Source: Armatimonadota bacterium (lineage in GTDB: Bacteria; Armatimonadota; UBA5829; DTLH01). From it: a stretch of 64,000 bases of DNA. The position numbers were made by a program, and so were the translations under genes. The notes under the pieces are model-generated. The model was not told the origin of the DNA and made no database searches. It worked only from the letters and a program-made list of their open reading frames with translations. Location: positions 1-64,000 of the forward strand of contig JBDKUN010000028.1 in the NCBI GenBank assembly GCA_039679675.1. Reading direction: 5' to 3'. This document shows, piece by piece, positions 28,565 to 38,928 of this stretch (position 1 is its first letter; every line of letters starts with the position of its first letter).

Positions 28565-30007
28565 ATGCTGAAAACTCAGGAATCTAATACGGAACAGACT
28601 GCAAGCGAACATTCTTTGCTCAAGCTCGCGCTTGCGGTTATCACCTCACCCGCAGATGCGTTCGAGGAGATCCTGAGGCGGCAATTGCTTATGCCGGGGA
28701 TTCTCATAAGCGCTATCGGCGGGCTGCTTTCGGCCGGAGTAGTGCTGTACAACTTCTACTTTCTGAAAGAAGGTTCGCTTTTCTACCTTGCAGGCGGGTC
28801 TAATCCGGCTGACACTGTCGGATTGCTTCTGGTGAATGCTCTGGTCGTGTCTCTGACAGCGAAATATCTGCAGGGCGAAGGGGATTACGCCAAAACGCTT
28901 ACCGTCCTTGCCTGGGCGGGCTGCGTATCGATCCCTGCCATACTTACAGGACTGTTCAAACCGGTCCAATCGCTTGGAACCATCATAAATCTATGGGGCG
29001 TCGTCGTCATGGTCATGGGTATTCAGCAGGCTCAAAAAATTACTGTCTGGAAATCCATCGGCACTCTCTTTACTATGCTGATAACAGATGGCGTGTTCCT
29101 GATATGGCTCGGCAGATATTGTATGAGCTCGATATATCCGGCAATTGCCACAAATGTCCCGTCCTTTGCCGCAAGCACTATATCACTTCAAATTGTGACA
29201 TCCCTCCTGGTCATTGCCGCGTTGGCCGTTGCCGCCAAGATGCTGCCGAAACTCGCGAAAGGCACAGATTACCGGAACAGCTTGATCATTGTCCTTCTCA
29301 TCCTGGGCCTAGCGGCGGCGGGAGCGCTTTTTGCATCACTTCATAAGGCTGACCCGGTAATGGAGGTGGTAAGAGGGGCAAGAGCATATCAAGATGAAGA
29401 TACTCCCGACCCTGCCGAATCTGTAAAGCACTTTCAGAGAGAACTGAGATACATTCCGAACGATGCTTACGTAAAGCTCTACCTTGCCCATGCTTTTTCC
29501 GCATCCGGGAGCTACGATAAGGCGCTTGCGCAGTATAATGAGTTCACGGGATCGAAATCTTACCCTCCGCAGTTGGTCCGGACATGCACCGGCACGGTCC
29601 ATTATATGCAGGGAAAGTATGATGACGCCCGAAAAGATTTTGAAAAGGCTGTAAAGGACAGCCCGGACTACGCGGAGGCCAACGCAAGGCTCGCGCTCGT
29701 ATATCTGCGCCTTGGCAAGAACGGGGATGCGGTCAAATCCGCAAAAGCGGCCGTAAAAGACAAATGTGAGGGCACCCTTGCGTATATTGCGCTCGCCCAG
29801 GCTTATACTTTGGAAGGTAATACCAAAGAAGCGGGCGATGCCATGAGCAAAGTAAAGGAAATTGATGAAGCGCTGGCAGGCAGAATATCATCCGGGCCGG
29901 ATGGGTGGAAGAACGCAGTCATGCAGCTCACCCCGCTCGACCTGCGCATGCCGCTCAAGCTGCCGGAGATAAAGCAGCCGGTTAAAAAGGGGAACAAGAA
30001 GATTTAG
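28565..30007 (+). CDS. Yip1-like membrane domain fused to TPR repeats
   Basis: ITSPADAFEEI Yip1-like start, multiple TMs, C-terminal TPR patterns (G.Y..A..DFEKA...PDYAEA). Confidence 0.72.
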   Translation: MLKTQESNTEQTASEHSLLKLALAVITSPADAFEEILRRQLLMPGILISAIGGLLSAGVVLYNFYFLKEGSLFYLAGGSNPADTVGLLLVNALVVSLTAKYLQGEGDYAKTLTVLAWAGCVSIPAILTGLFKPVQSLGTIINLWGVVVMVMGIQQAQKITVWKSIGTLFTMLITDGVFLIWLGRYCMSSIYPAIATNVPSFAASTISLQIVTSLLVIAALAVAAKMLPKLAKGTDYRNSLIIVLLILGLAAAGALFASLHKADPVMEVVRGARAYQDEDTPDPAESVKHFQRELRYIPNDAYVKLYLAHAFSASGSYDKALAQYNEFTGSKSYPPQLVRTCTGTVHYMQGKYDDARKDFEKAVKDSPDYAEANARLALVYLRLGKNGDAVKSAKAAVKDKCEGTLAYIALAQAYTLEGNTKEAGDAMSKVKEIDEALAGRISSGPDGWKNAVMQLTPLDLRMPLKLPEIKQPVKKGNKKI

Positions 30008-30209
30008 GATTTGCTGACTAGAAAAACACGAAATAAAAGCAGAAGAGATTGTGGAGATTTGTGCTTCGGGATTCTTTTCATCCACCCCGTGGACCTACGG
30101 GACCACGGGGAGAAGCACTACATCCACCGACTATTCCCTTTTCTTCCTTTCTCCATTTCGTGTTTTCGTGATAAAAAGCTTTACGGCTAAAGAAACGAAA
30201 GGCAAGAAA

Positions 30210-31061
30210 TTGGAAGTAGCGAAACGGATAGAAGACCTGCGGAGAATAATCCCCGCAGCCAAAAAAGAAGGGCGTACAGTCGGGCTGGTCCCGACGATGG
30301 GCGCGCTCCACGCGGGGCATCTATCGCTTATAAAGAACTCTAAAGATCACGGCGACTTCACCGTCGTAAGCGTCTTCGTAAACCCGACCCAGTTCGGGCC
30401 GAATGAGGACTTCGAGCGCTATCCCAGGCCAATTGAAGCAGATATAGAAAAATGCCGCGAGGCCGGTGTCGACGTAGTCTTCACTCCGACAGTCGATGCG
30501 ATGTACCCGGAAGGGTTCGACACTTATGTAAATGTCGGAGGTGTCACAGGTATACTGGAAGGAGCCGCAAGGCCGGGACATTTCCGCGGGGTCGCTACCG
30601 TAGTACTCAAACTCTTTACAGCGGTAGAGCCGACGCGTGCATATTTCGGCATGAAGGACTACCAGCAGCTTAAAGTGCTGCAGAAGATGGTCCGGGACCT
30701 GAACGTGAATGTGGAGATCGTCCCTGTACCGATTTTCAGAGAGCCGGACGGGCTTGCAATGTCTTCAAGGAATGCTTACCTGAAACCGGATGAGCGGCAG
30801 GCCGCGCTGGTCCTTTATCGCGCCTTGAATGCCGCGAAGGAAGCAGTTTTGCATGGAACGAAGGACTCTACTGGCATATATCGCGCCGCATCGGATATAA
30901 TCGAAGCTGAGCCTCTTGCTAAAATCGATTACGTTGCCGTGATCGACCCTGAAACGCTCGAAGCAATAGAAAAAATGGATGATAAAGTGCTGGTCGCGCT
31001 TGCCGTTAGGATAGGCTCGGTCAGGTTGATAGATAACATGCTCATCGGAGGTAACAATTAG
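30210..31061 (+). CDS. panC: Pantoate--beta-alanine ligase
   Basis: VPTMGALHAGH, SVFVNPTQF, RPGHFRGV, FG.KDYQQ, DGLAMSSRN, RLIDN; TTG start at 30210. Confidence 0.96.
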   Translation: MEVAKRIEDLRRIIPAAKKEGRTVGLVPTMGALHAGHLSLIKNSKDHGDFTVVSVFVNPTQFGPNEDFERYPRPIEADIEKCREAGVDVVFTPTVDAMYPEGFDTYVNVGGVTGILEGAARPGHFRGVATVVLKLFTAVEPTRAYFGMKDYQQLKVLQKMVRDLNVNVEIVPVPIFREPDGLAMSSRNAYLKPDERQAALVLYRALNAAKEAVLHGTKDSTGIYRAASDIIEAEPLAKIDYVAVIDPETLEAIEKMDDKVLVALAVRIGSVRLIDNMLIGGNN

Positions 31062-32141
31062 TTGAAAGTCGGGATTGTAGGCCTGCAGCAGACAGGAAAA
31101 ACGACGCTTTTTAAGGCAATAACACATGGCCAGGCGCCTGTAGACGAATACGGCGGGAAGGCCAACATCGGTGTCGTTGCGGTCCCCGATGAGCATTTCG
31201 ACTGGCTCGTAGAGACCAACCATCCGAAGAAGATCACCCCCGCCACGATAGAAGTGATCGACGGTGCAGCGAAGATAGGCGATGACCAGCGCGGCCGGTT
31301 CGGTTCGGACTTCTTCCAGGATGTCCGCGCGGCCGATGCGCTGATCCATATCGTCCGAGCGTTTACGAACCCTGCGGGAGAAGCGCCGACCCCGGTAAAG
31401 GATGCCCGCGCACTGAACGAGGAACTGCTTCTCGCAGACCTTCAGTCGGTAGAAACACGGATTGAGAGGGTGGAAAAGTCGCTTCATGGCACGAAGAAGG
31501 ACGCGACGACCCCGCAGACGATGGAGCGCGACTTTTTGAACCAGATCAAGGACACGATGGAAGAGGGCAAGCCGCTTGCATCGCTCGGTATGACCCCAGA
31601 CCAGGAAAAAATGGTCCGTGGATATGATTTTATGTCGCAGAAGCCACAGATAGTCGTCGCGAACATCACCGAAGACGAAATCGGCAACGCTGAAAATGAG
31701 GCGGTAAAGGAACTTCAGGCTTACTGCGATGAGTCCGGCATCCCGATGCTTGCTCTATCGGCAAAAGTCGAAGCAGAAGTCGCGGAACTCCCAGCCGAGG
31801 AGCAGAAAGAATATCTGGAAGCGATGGGGCTCGAAAAACCGGCCAGTTACAGGCTGATTAACGAGACTTACAGCTCACTCGGACTGATCTCTTTCTACAC
31901 AGCAGGCGAGCCGGAAGTTAAAGCCTACAGCATCACCAAGGGCACAACGGTTGTCGATGCGGCGGGAAAGATCCACAGCGACATCGCCCGAGGGTTCATC
32001 CGCGCTGAAGTCGGGCACTTTGACGACGTAAAAGCTGCCGGAGGATGGGACGAAGCCAAGCGCGCCGGTAAAGTCGAGCTTTACATGAAGGACTACATCG
32101 TCCAGAACGGCGACATTATGTATATCAGGTTCAAAGTGTAA
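31062..32141 (+). CDS. ychF: YchF/OLA1-family ATPase (divergent motifs, DUF933 C-terminus)
   Basis: VGIVGL...GKTTLF, AAGKIHSD..RGFIRAEV, KDYIVQ.GDI..IRF. Confidence 0.82.
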   Translation: MKVGIVGLQQTGKTTLFKAITHGQAPVDEYGGKANIGVVAVPDEHFDWLVETNHPKKITPATIEVIDGAAKIGDDQRGRFGSDFFQDVRAADALIHIVRAFTNPAGEAPTPVKDARALNEELLLADLQSVETRIERVEKSLHGTKKDATTPQTMERDFLNQIKDTMEEGKPLASLGMTPDQEKMVRGYDFMSQKPQIVVANITEDEIGNAENEAVKELQAYCDESGIPMLALSAKVEAEVAELPAEEQKEYLEAMGLEKPASYRLINETYSSLGLISFYTAGEPEVKAYSITKGTTVVDAAGKIHSDIARGFIRAEVGHFDDVKAAGGWDEAKRAGKVELYMKDYIVQNGDIMYIRFKV

Positions 32142-32158
32142 GTAGAACCGGAGAGACA

Positions 32159-32761
32159 ATGACCATTGATGCATTTCAACTTTTGGTAGATGCAATTACC
32201 TGTGGGGATAGCTCTGCTGTTCGTGAACTGGTATCCAGCCACCCAGATGTACTCTCTGCTACTGATTCTCATGGTTGGTCTGCACTGCACTATGCAGCAT
32301 CAAAAGGTGACTGTAATATCGCTAAGATTATTATTGATAGCAGCTCTGATATCGACATAAAAGACAATTGCGGGGCTACACCTCTGCATTATGCTGTATC
32401 TGAAAGAAACGATGTCACGAAGTTGCTCATCGCGGCTGGCGCGAATGTCAATTCTGTCGATAACCAGGGCAGAACTCCGCTGCAATGGGCAGTCATAGAA
32501 GCAGACGACAGGCCGAAAATTATCCCGATGCTAATAGAAGCAGGTGTAGACCCTGGGATGCGAGATTCAAACAAATGTACCGCAAATACACCTTACGAAA
32601 CATACCGAGACAGCGAGTTGTGGAAGATAGTGGAGAAGGCCTTGGATGACCTCTTGGATAATAGCGACATCACTCTATGCACAACACAAGACTATGTGGT
32701 AGGCTATCTGGTAAAATTGATTTCCGATCATTATTCGGCAAGTTCAGGTAATGGTCGATAG
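32159..32761 (+). CDS. Ankyrin repeat protein
   Basis: GWSALHYAA, GATPLHYA, GRTPLQWA repeats. Confidence 0.88.
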   Translation: MTIDAFQLLVDAITCGDSSAVRELVSSHPDVLSATDSHGWSALHYAASKGDCNIAKIIIDSSSDIDIKDNCGATPLHYAVSERNDVTKLLIAAGANVNSVDNQGRTPLQWAVIEADDRPKIIPMLIEAGVDPGMRDSNKCTANTPYETYRDSELWKIVEKALDDLLDNSDITLCTTQDYVVGYLVKLISDHYSASSGNGR

Positions 32762-32778
32762 GCCACTGGAGCACATCC

Positions 32779-33159
32779 GTGATTAACCCCTTCAGGATAT
32801 TCGAATATATCGTAGGCGTACAAGTGGCTGTTTGCGTGCCGATTGCCATTGCAGCTGGCGTACGCCTGCGGGCAGCCTCAGCAAAGCTCATTTCGTATCT
32901 GAAAACTGAGCGGCCTGAGCAGGATAACTGGCAGAAAACTTCCATGCGGACCGACGGAGCAATCTCAAAACTTATACGCTTTTTCAAATACGTGTACAGC
33001 GACGCGGATAATGATGACGATGCTATCCGAGAGCAAAAGTTTCAGGTAAGGCAGGCATCCAGGAAAACATTGGTCTTCATGCTGCAAGTAGTTTGTTCGA
33101 TAATAGCACTACTCATTGCTATGTATGTTTTAGAACCGACGTGGAAGCACCTAAAATAG
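32779..33159 (+). CDS. Hypothetical two-TM membrane protein
   Basis: ORF with N- and C-terminal hydrophobic helices; GGAG upstream. Confidence 0.55.
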   Translation: MINPFRIFEYIVGVQVAVCVPIAIAAGVRLRAASAKLISYLKTERPEQDNWQKTSMRTDGAISKLIRFFKYVYSDADNDDDAIREQKFQVRQASRKTLVFMLQVVCSIIALLIAMYVLEPTWKHLK

Positions 33160-33233
33160 CTTCTCCCCGAATAGAAGGATACTGCGCCTTCGGTGTCTAA
33201 GAGGAGTTCATCTATTCTTCAGGATTTATGTAG

Positions 33234-33857
33234 TTGCAGATAACCGAGAGCCCAAAGGCCGAATCAAGAAATATATCACCAAAGAAGCGTATACGGAAAT
33301 TCCCCTGGCCGCAGTTTTGGATCTTCCTGATCGCCGTTGTTGTTTTAGTCCGGCTTGTCACGTCGCTCAAAGCATCGGGTTTCCTTATCGCCTGCGGGCT
33401 GTGCGGACTCGCGTTTGCCGTCAAAACGGCGCTGCACATGGATCCCGGCCTGAAGTCTTTCCCACAGAAAACCAGAAAAGCTATTATCTGGCTGTGGCTC
33501 GCTATTACGGCATCTCTCTGCATTTCTTTTATATTTTCTGGAGTAAGCTGCGCTTCTGCCGGGCAAATGGGTGCCCGCCTTGCAGGTGTCGAGGCAAAAC
33601 GAACGGTCCTTGCGGCAGTGCTTTTCATCTTCTGGCTCGTCGGTGTTTCTCCAGTCAGACGGGGAGGGATTGTCCATATTCTGCTCTGGACTATAGCGGT
33701 TTTAGAGGCTGCCCGTCTCCTTGCATTCGGACTGCACCCGAGTGTACTGAGCTACATCATCTGGGGCGCAGCTCTGGTCTCCGTGATTTTGCGTAACAGG
33801 CATTTTGAACCGCGGAAACGCGGAATGGATAAAGACGCGGAAGGTGGAAATTTGTAA
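33234..33857 (+). CDS. Hypothetical multi-pass membrane protein
   Basis: About 6 hydrophobic segments. Confidence 0.55.
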   Translation: MQITESPKAESRNISPKKRIRKFPWPQFWIFLIAVVVLVRLVTSLKASGFLIACGLCGLAFAVKTALHMDPGLKSFPQKTRKAIIWLWLAITASLCISFIFSGVSCASAGQMGARLAGVEAKRTVLAAVLFIFWLVGVSPVRRGGIVHILLWTIAVLEAARLLAFGLHPSVLSYIIWGAALVSVILRNRHFEPRKRGMDKDAEGGNL

Positions 33858-33894
33858 CACCTGCCACCAGACCTTCAATTTCCACGAATCCCTT

Positions 33895-34050
33895 CCTTTG
33901 CTTCGGACTATTTGCTCTCGCATCATCTAGATAATCTGCTTCGGACTGCTTGCTGCCGAAGTGTCCGCCGCAGGCGGACTTCACCCTATGCTTCTATGCG
34001 TCGGGATTCTTTTCTTCCCGAAGCACGACTCTCCACCAATCCCTTTTTCG
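33895..34050. repeat. REP-like repeat modules shared with the mqnA 5' region
   Basis: 33937-33961 is the exact reverse complement of 12475-12499; CGGGATT..TCCCGAAGCACGAC hairpin matches 12520-12556. Confidence 0.8.
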
Positions 34051-34184
34051 CACATTTCGCGATTCAAAATCCCATGTGAATTCTTATTGCGCAAGCCTCG
34101 CAATGGGTATAGAATACTTCCGATTAAAACAGGCAGCCGGGATTCCGGCGAGCTGAAATACCGGCATAATTGGAGGAACCACCA

Positions 34185-37148
34185 TTGGCTACCACACAAA
34201 TTAATGTGGAAGACAGGACTCGCGCAATCGGCCGTCAGATTTTCACCAGTGTTTCAAACCAAAAGCGAGGTTTCTTCCACGGAGATCTCGATGAAAAAAT
34301 GATGGACTGGACGATGAAGGACGAAAAGCTCAAGGTCCAGTTATTCAGATTCGTCGATGTGCTCCCCATGCTCAAGACCTCTGATGACATCATGAGGCAT
34401 CTACAGGAATACCTCAAGAACTTCCCTGCTATCGGGCAGTGGGGCATCAACCTCGCCGCATCGAGCGGGCTTGTCGGCGGGCTCGTCGCGGGACAGGTCA
34501 AGAAACAGATCGAAGGAATGGGAAAGAAGTTCATCGCGGGCTCAAACATCAAAGAGGCTTCGGAAGTAGTCGAAAAACTCCGCAAACAGAACATGGCCTT
34601 CACCATGGACATCCTCGGCGAAGTCACCGTAAGCGAAGGCGAAGGCGAATCCTACCAGAAGCAATATCTGGAGCTTATCCGGGGGCTCTCTGAACAGGCC
34701 AGGCATTGGAAGGACATCCCGCTCATCGATACGGCTGACGAAAAGCCTATCCCCAAGGTCAATGTTTCAATCAAGCTTTCAGCTCTTTACTCCCAGTTCG
34801 ACCCAGCAGACCCCGAAGGGACAGTGGCAGCCGTCAAAGAGCGGCTCCGGCCGGTCCTCTCTCTTGCGAAGGAGCTCGGCGCATATGTCCATGTCGATAT
34901 GGAGCACTATGCGATCAAAGACACGACCCTCAAAATCTTCCGCGAGATCATCATGGAGCCGGAGTACCGCGACTGGGAAGACATCGGGATCGTTCACCAG
35001 GCCTATCTGAGAGATACGGAAAAAGATGTCCGGGACATGATCGAGCTCGTCAAGGAGCGCGGCACTCCTATCACCGTCCGGCTCGTAAAAGGCGCCTATT
35101 GGGACTTCGAGACGGTCATCGCCCGCCAGAGACGCTGGCCGATCCCTGTCTGGACGGAAAAATGGGAGACGGATGCCTGCTTCGAGAGATGCGCGGACAT
35201 GCTCCTTGCGGCCTACCCGTATGTTCGGCTTGCAGCTGCGTCGCACAACATCAGGAGCATCGGGCATGTCATCGCCCAGTCGGAATCGCTCGGAATGGCA
35301 GGAGATGCAGTCGAATTCCAGATGCTCTACGGGATGGGCGACCCGCTAAAGCAGGCAGTGATCGAACAGGGCAGGCGGCTCAGGATTTACACAGCTTACG
35401 GCGATTTTATCCCCGGCATGGGCTACTTCGTCCGAAGGCTTCTTGAGAATACGGCGAACGATTCGTTCCTCAGGCAGGGTTTTGTCGAGGGAGTCGATCC
35501 CGAAGAGCTTTTGAGAGACCCGGCAGGGTACGGCAAGACCGCCAAGCCTGTCCACACATTCGAGCAGGACAAGCTGGGGTTCCCGAACCTGCCGGAGCGG
35601 GATTTCTCTAAGGCAGAGTACCGGGAGATGATGAAAAAGTCTCTCGATAAGGTCAAGGGGCAGTTGGGCAAGCTCTATCCGCTAGTCATAGGCGGGAAAG
35701 AGGTCACGACTGAAAGAGAGATCAAGTCGATCAACCCTTCGAGGCCGTCCGAAATAGTGGGCCGTACATCATCCGCAAGCCAGAAGGAAGCTCAGCTGGC
35801 AATCGACGCCGCAAAGAAGGCGCTCCCGGCATGGCGCGATACTCCCGCTGAGGAGCGGGCCGAGATACTTGCCAGGGCAGCCGGTCTGATGGAAGCGGAG
35901 AGGGACGACCTTTCCGCATGGCAGGTCTACGAAGTCGGCAAGAGCTGGAGAGAGGCCGATGCTGATGTCTGCGAGGCAATCGACTACCTCCGCTATTACG
36001 GCATGGAAATGGTCAGGCTCGCAAAACCGCGCCGCATGGGCATGGTCCCCGGTGAGACGAACGATTATTTCTATCAGCCTAAGGGTATAGCGGTCATCAT
36101 TTCACCGTGGAACTTCCCTATGGCTATCTGCGCTGGCATGACGACCGCAGCAATAGCCACCGGCAACACCGTAGTAATGAAACCGGCGTCCCAATCGCCG
36201 GTAGTCGCTGCGAAATTCGCAGAATATCTGCAAAAAGCGGGGCTTCCGGCTGGAGTGCTGAACTTTATCCCCGGCCCGGGAAGCGAAATCGGCGATTTTC
36301 TCGTCCAGAGCCCGGACATTCATATGATCGCATTCACCGGATCGAAAGAAATCGGCTGCCGGATCAATAAACTTGCGGCGGACATAACTCCCCGCCAGAA
36401 TCACCTGAAAAAAGTCATCGCAGAGATGGGCGGAAAGAATGCAATCATCGTCGACAGCGACGCAGACCTCGATGAAGCAGTACTCGGAGTCGTCCACTCC
36501 GCATTCGGCTACCAGGGGCAGAAGTGCTCCGCCTGTTCAAGGGTAATAGTGCTCGAATCTTGCTACGACCAGTTCCTTTCAAGGCTGATCGAGTCGGCAA
36601 GGAGCCTCCACATAGGTTTCCCGGAGGAGCCGGGGAACTACATGGGCCCAGTCATCGACTCAGGTGCCTATAAGAGCATAAAAAACTATATCGAGACCGG
36701 CAAAAAGGAAGCGAAACTCTTCCTGGAGAAGGATGTATCCCGTCTGGGCGACGGGTTCTTCATCAGCCCAACGATATTCGCCGATGTGAAGCCCAATGCA
36801 GTCATAGCGCAGGAAGAGATCTTCGGCCCGGTGCTTGCGGTAATGAAGGCGAAAGACTTGGATGAAGCGCTGGAAATCGCGCTTGGGACAGACTACGCGC
36901 TGACCGGTGGAATCTATTCGAGGAGCCCGGCGAACATCGCGCGCGCCGTCAAAGAGTTCAGAATAGGCAACCTCTACATCAACCGGAAGAATACCGGAGC
37001 GATTGTAGGGAGGCAGCCGTTCGGGGGGTTCAAGATGTCGGGAATCGGCTCCAAGGCCGGCGGCCCGGACTATCTAATCCAGTTCATGGACCCGAGGACC
37101 GTCACGGAAAACACTATAAGAAGAGGCTTCGCTCCAGAAGAGGAATAG
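34185..37148 (+). CDS. putA: Bifunctional proline dehydrogenase / L-glutamate gamma-semialdehyde dehydrogenase
   Basis: LFRFVDVLP, SIKLSAL, RLVKGAYWD, ASHN, RRLLENTAN, ISPWNFP, FTGS, AEMGGKN, GQKCSACSR, EEIFGP; TTG after GGAGG. Confidence 0.96.
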   Translation: MATTQINVEDRTRAIGRQIFTSVSNQKRGFFHGDLDEKMMDWTMKDEKLKVQLFRFVDVLPMLKTSDDIMRHLQEYLKNFPAIGQWGINLAASSGLVGGLVAGQVKKQIEGMGKKFIAGSNIKEASEVVEKLRKQNMAFTMDILGEVTVSEGEGESYQKQYLELIRGLSEQARHWKDIPLIDTADEKPIPKVNVSIKLSALYSQFDPADPEGTVAAVKERLRPVLSLAKELGAYVHVDMEHYAIKDTTLKIFREIIMEPEYRDWEDIGIVHQAYLRDTEKDVRDMIELVKERGTPITVRLVKGAYWDFETVIARQRRWPIPVWTEKWETDACFERCADMLLAAYPYVRLAAASHNIRSIGHVIAQSESLGMAGDAVEFQMLYGMGDPLKQAVIEQGRRLRIYTAYGDFIPGMGYFVRRLLENTANDSFLRQGFVEGVDPEELLRDPAGYGKTAKPVHTFEQDKLGFPNLPERDFSKAEYREMMKKSLDKVKGQLGKLYPLVIGGKEVTTEREIKSINPSRPSEIVGRTSSASQKEAQLAIDAAKKALPAWRDTPAEERAEILARAAGLMEAERDDLSAWQVYEVGKSWREADADVCEAIDYLRYYGMEMVRLAKPRRMGMVPGETNDYFYQPKGIAVIISPWNFPMAICAGMTTAAIATGNTVVMKPASQSPVVAAKFAEYLQKAGLPAGVLNFIPGPGSEIGDFLVQSPDIHMIAFTGSKEIGCRINKLAADITPRQNHLKKVIAEMGGKNAIIVDSDADLDEAVLGVVHSAFGYQGQKCSACSRVIVLESCYDQFLSRLIESARSLHIGFPEEPGNYMGPVIDSGAYKSIKNYIETGKKEAKLFLEKDVSRLGDGFFISPTIFADVKPNAVIAQEEIFGPVLAVMKAKDLDEALEIALGTDYALTGGIYSRSPANIARAVKEFRIGNLYINRKNTGAIVGRQPFGGFKMSGIGSKAGGPDYLIQFMDPRTVTENTIRRGFAPEEE

Positions 37149-37265
37149 CAACCGCTTAGGGAAGGGAGGGCAAAGCTCCCCGCGAGCCCTCCCAATAATC
37201 CTCCGTGTTTAGAACCATTTCAAACTGTGGTAACGAAAATGGAGATAATCACGGAGGTGACAGCT

Positions 37266-37715
37266 ATGCAAGTTCAGGACATAATGACATCCAACCCAGT
37301 TTGTGCGGAACCCTCGACATCGCTTCAGGAAGTCGCCCAGATGATGGTCGACAACGACTGCGGGGGTATTCCGGTCTGCAAGTCTGGGACCAACATGCTT
37401 GTCGGGCTCCTTACAGACCGGGATATCGTCTGCCGAATCCTTGCCAAGGGGTTGAACCCTCTCGACTATACGGCGCAGGACGCGATGACTACAGATCTTC
37501 ACACCATCCTGCCTACTGCAAGCCTAGATGACTGTGTTCAGCTCATGGAGCGCTTCAAGGTCCGGAGGGTCCCTGTCACGGATGAAGAGGGGTATATAAT
37601 CGGAATCGTCGCTCAGGCAGACTTTGCCCGCTTTGCACTCCAGGAACAGCCCGATCTGGCTGGGGATTTCGAAGATGCGCTAGAAGAGATCTCCCAGCCC
37701 AAGATGTCGATGTAG
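37266..37715 (+). CDS. CBS domain protein
   Basis: MQVQDIMT, DCGGIPV, GLLTDRDI, VRRVPV, GIVAQAD; GGAGG RBS. Confidence 0.9.
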   Translation: MQVQDIMTSNPVCAEPSTSLQEVAQMMVDNDCGGIPVCKSGTNMLVGLLTDRDIVCRILAKGLNPLDYTAQDAMTTDLHTILPTASLDDCVQLMERFKVRRVPVTDEEGYIIGIVAQADFARFALQEQPDLAGDFEDALEEISQPKMSM

Positions 37716-37781
37716 GAAGAAAACCAGGATTTGGGAACAAAGAGGAAAGCGATCTCGCAGCATAAGAAGGAAATTCCAGGA

Positions 37782-37812
37782 TAGGGCGGGGGTTCCAAGC
37801 CCCGCCCTTTAT
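37782..37812. terminator. Intrinsic terminator between convergent genes
   Basis: AGGGCGGGG...CCCCGCCCT-TTT hairpin. Confidence 0.6.
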
Positions 37813-37842
37813 TAGGATTGTTACATCATCACCCGAAACTCT

Positions 37843-38844
37843 TTAGTGCCTGAACCCGAATACGTAAATCGGATATGCCGCATATAGCAGGCCGCCTATG
37901 AGAAGCGAGTACGGGCTCAACCGCTTTCTGAGATTCATACCGGCCCAGATGATGCTCGTAGCTGCGACTGCTATGATTATGCTGGCTATCGCCTCAGGGT
38001 TGAGCATCCAGCTCGTGAAGAATATCCCTATAGCCGGTGTAATGCTGGATTGAAAGACCATCGCCCCGCTGATGTTTCCGAGCGCCAGAGTATCTTTTTT
38101 CTGCCTGATCCAGATGATGGAATTAAGCTTTTCGGGAAGCTCAGTCGCAATTGGCGTGATTATTACACTCAGGACGAGAGGTGAAAGCTTGATTACTCCG
38201 GCGATATAGGTCACATTGTTGAGGAACAGCTTTGCTCCGCCTACCATAAACCCCAGTGCGACAAGAAGCTGGAAGATAATCATTCTCAGCCGCGGCACAG
38301 GTGCTTTTCTCTGCAGGTGAAGCGGACCAAGCTCGTGTTCATGTGTTTTCTTGGACGAACTGGTAAAAGTCCTTCTAACGTAATATGCGTAAGTGACAAG
38401 CAGAAAGACTCCGATGCAGATTCTGCCCCACCTTACCGGGATAAATGCTGCAGAAAGAGCTATCAGATAAACTACAAAGAACGTTCGGAGGTCCCGGCCG
38501 AGTATTTTGTAGTTGACATGCACTTCCCGGCTCCGCCTGCCGGATGCGGAGAAACCGAGCACAGCTATTCCGGTGATGAACATAGCGAGCGTCGAAAGCA
38601 TCATCGGTGCGCCGAGGATCGCGCCTATGCCGACATCCGTATGCGCCTGTCCTCCGGCAATTACCGCAACAATCGCAATCGTAGTCTCTGGAAGCGCCGT
38701 TCCGACTGCGGCGAGGATGCTTCCGACAGCACCTTCACCAAGTCTTAATCTGTGACCAAACCACTCGATGCCATTTGTAAACAGTTCTGCAGCTAAAAGT
38801 ATCGCTGCGAGGCTTACTACTAAAAGAGAAATTGCTAGTGTCAT
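37843..38844 (-). CDS. Sodium:calcium antiporter (CaCA family)
   Basis: AAVGTALPE and PIATELPE alpha repeats, LALGNISG. Confidence 0.88.
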   Translation of the reverse strand: MTLAISLLVVSLAAILLAAELFTNGIEWFGHRLRLGEGAVGSILAAVGTALPETTIAIVAVIAGGQAHTDVGIGAILGAPMMLSTLAMFITGIAVLGFSASGRRSREVHVNYKILGRDLRTFFVVYLIALSAAFIPVRWGRICIGVFLLVTYAYYVRRTFTSSSKKTHEHELGPLHLQRKAPVPRLRMIIFQLLVALGFMVGGAKLFLNNVTYIAGVIKLSPLVLSVIITPIATELPEKLNSIIWIRQKKDTLALGNISGAMVFQSSITPAIGIFFTSWMLNPEAIASIIIAVAATSIIWAGMNLRKRLSPYSLLIGGLLYAAYPIYVFGFRH

Positions 38845-38928
38845 TACTTAGAAGAACCTGAGTTTGTGATATCCTTTCTATTGTCAAAATGTATTATTCG
38901 CTTTACGAACAAAGTGGGCCGGCTGTTT

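Noticed and set aside
30051..30209. N-terminal extension of the panC ORF
   Set aside because: An in-frame TTG at 30210 matches the normal PanC start; the upstream part is intergenic repeat-like DNA.
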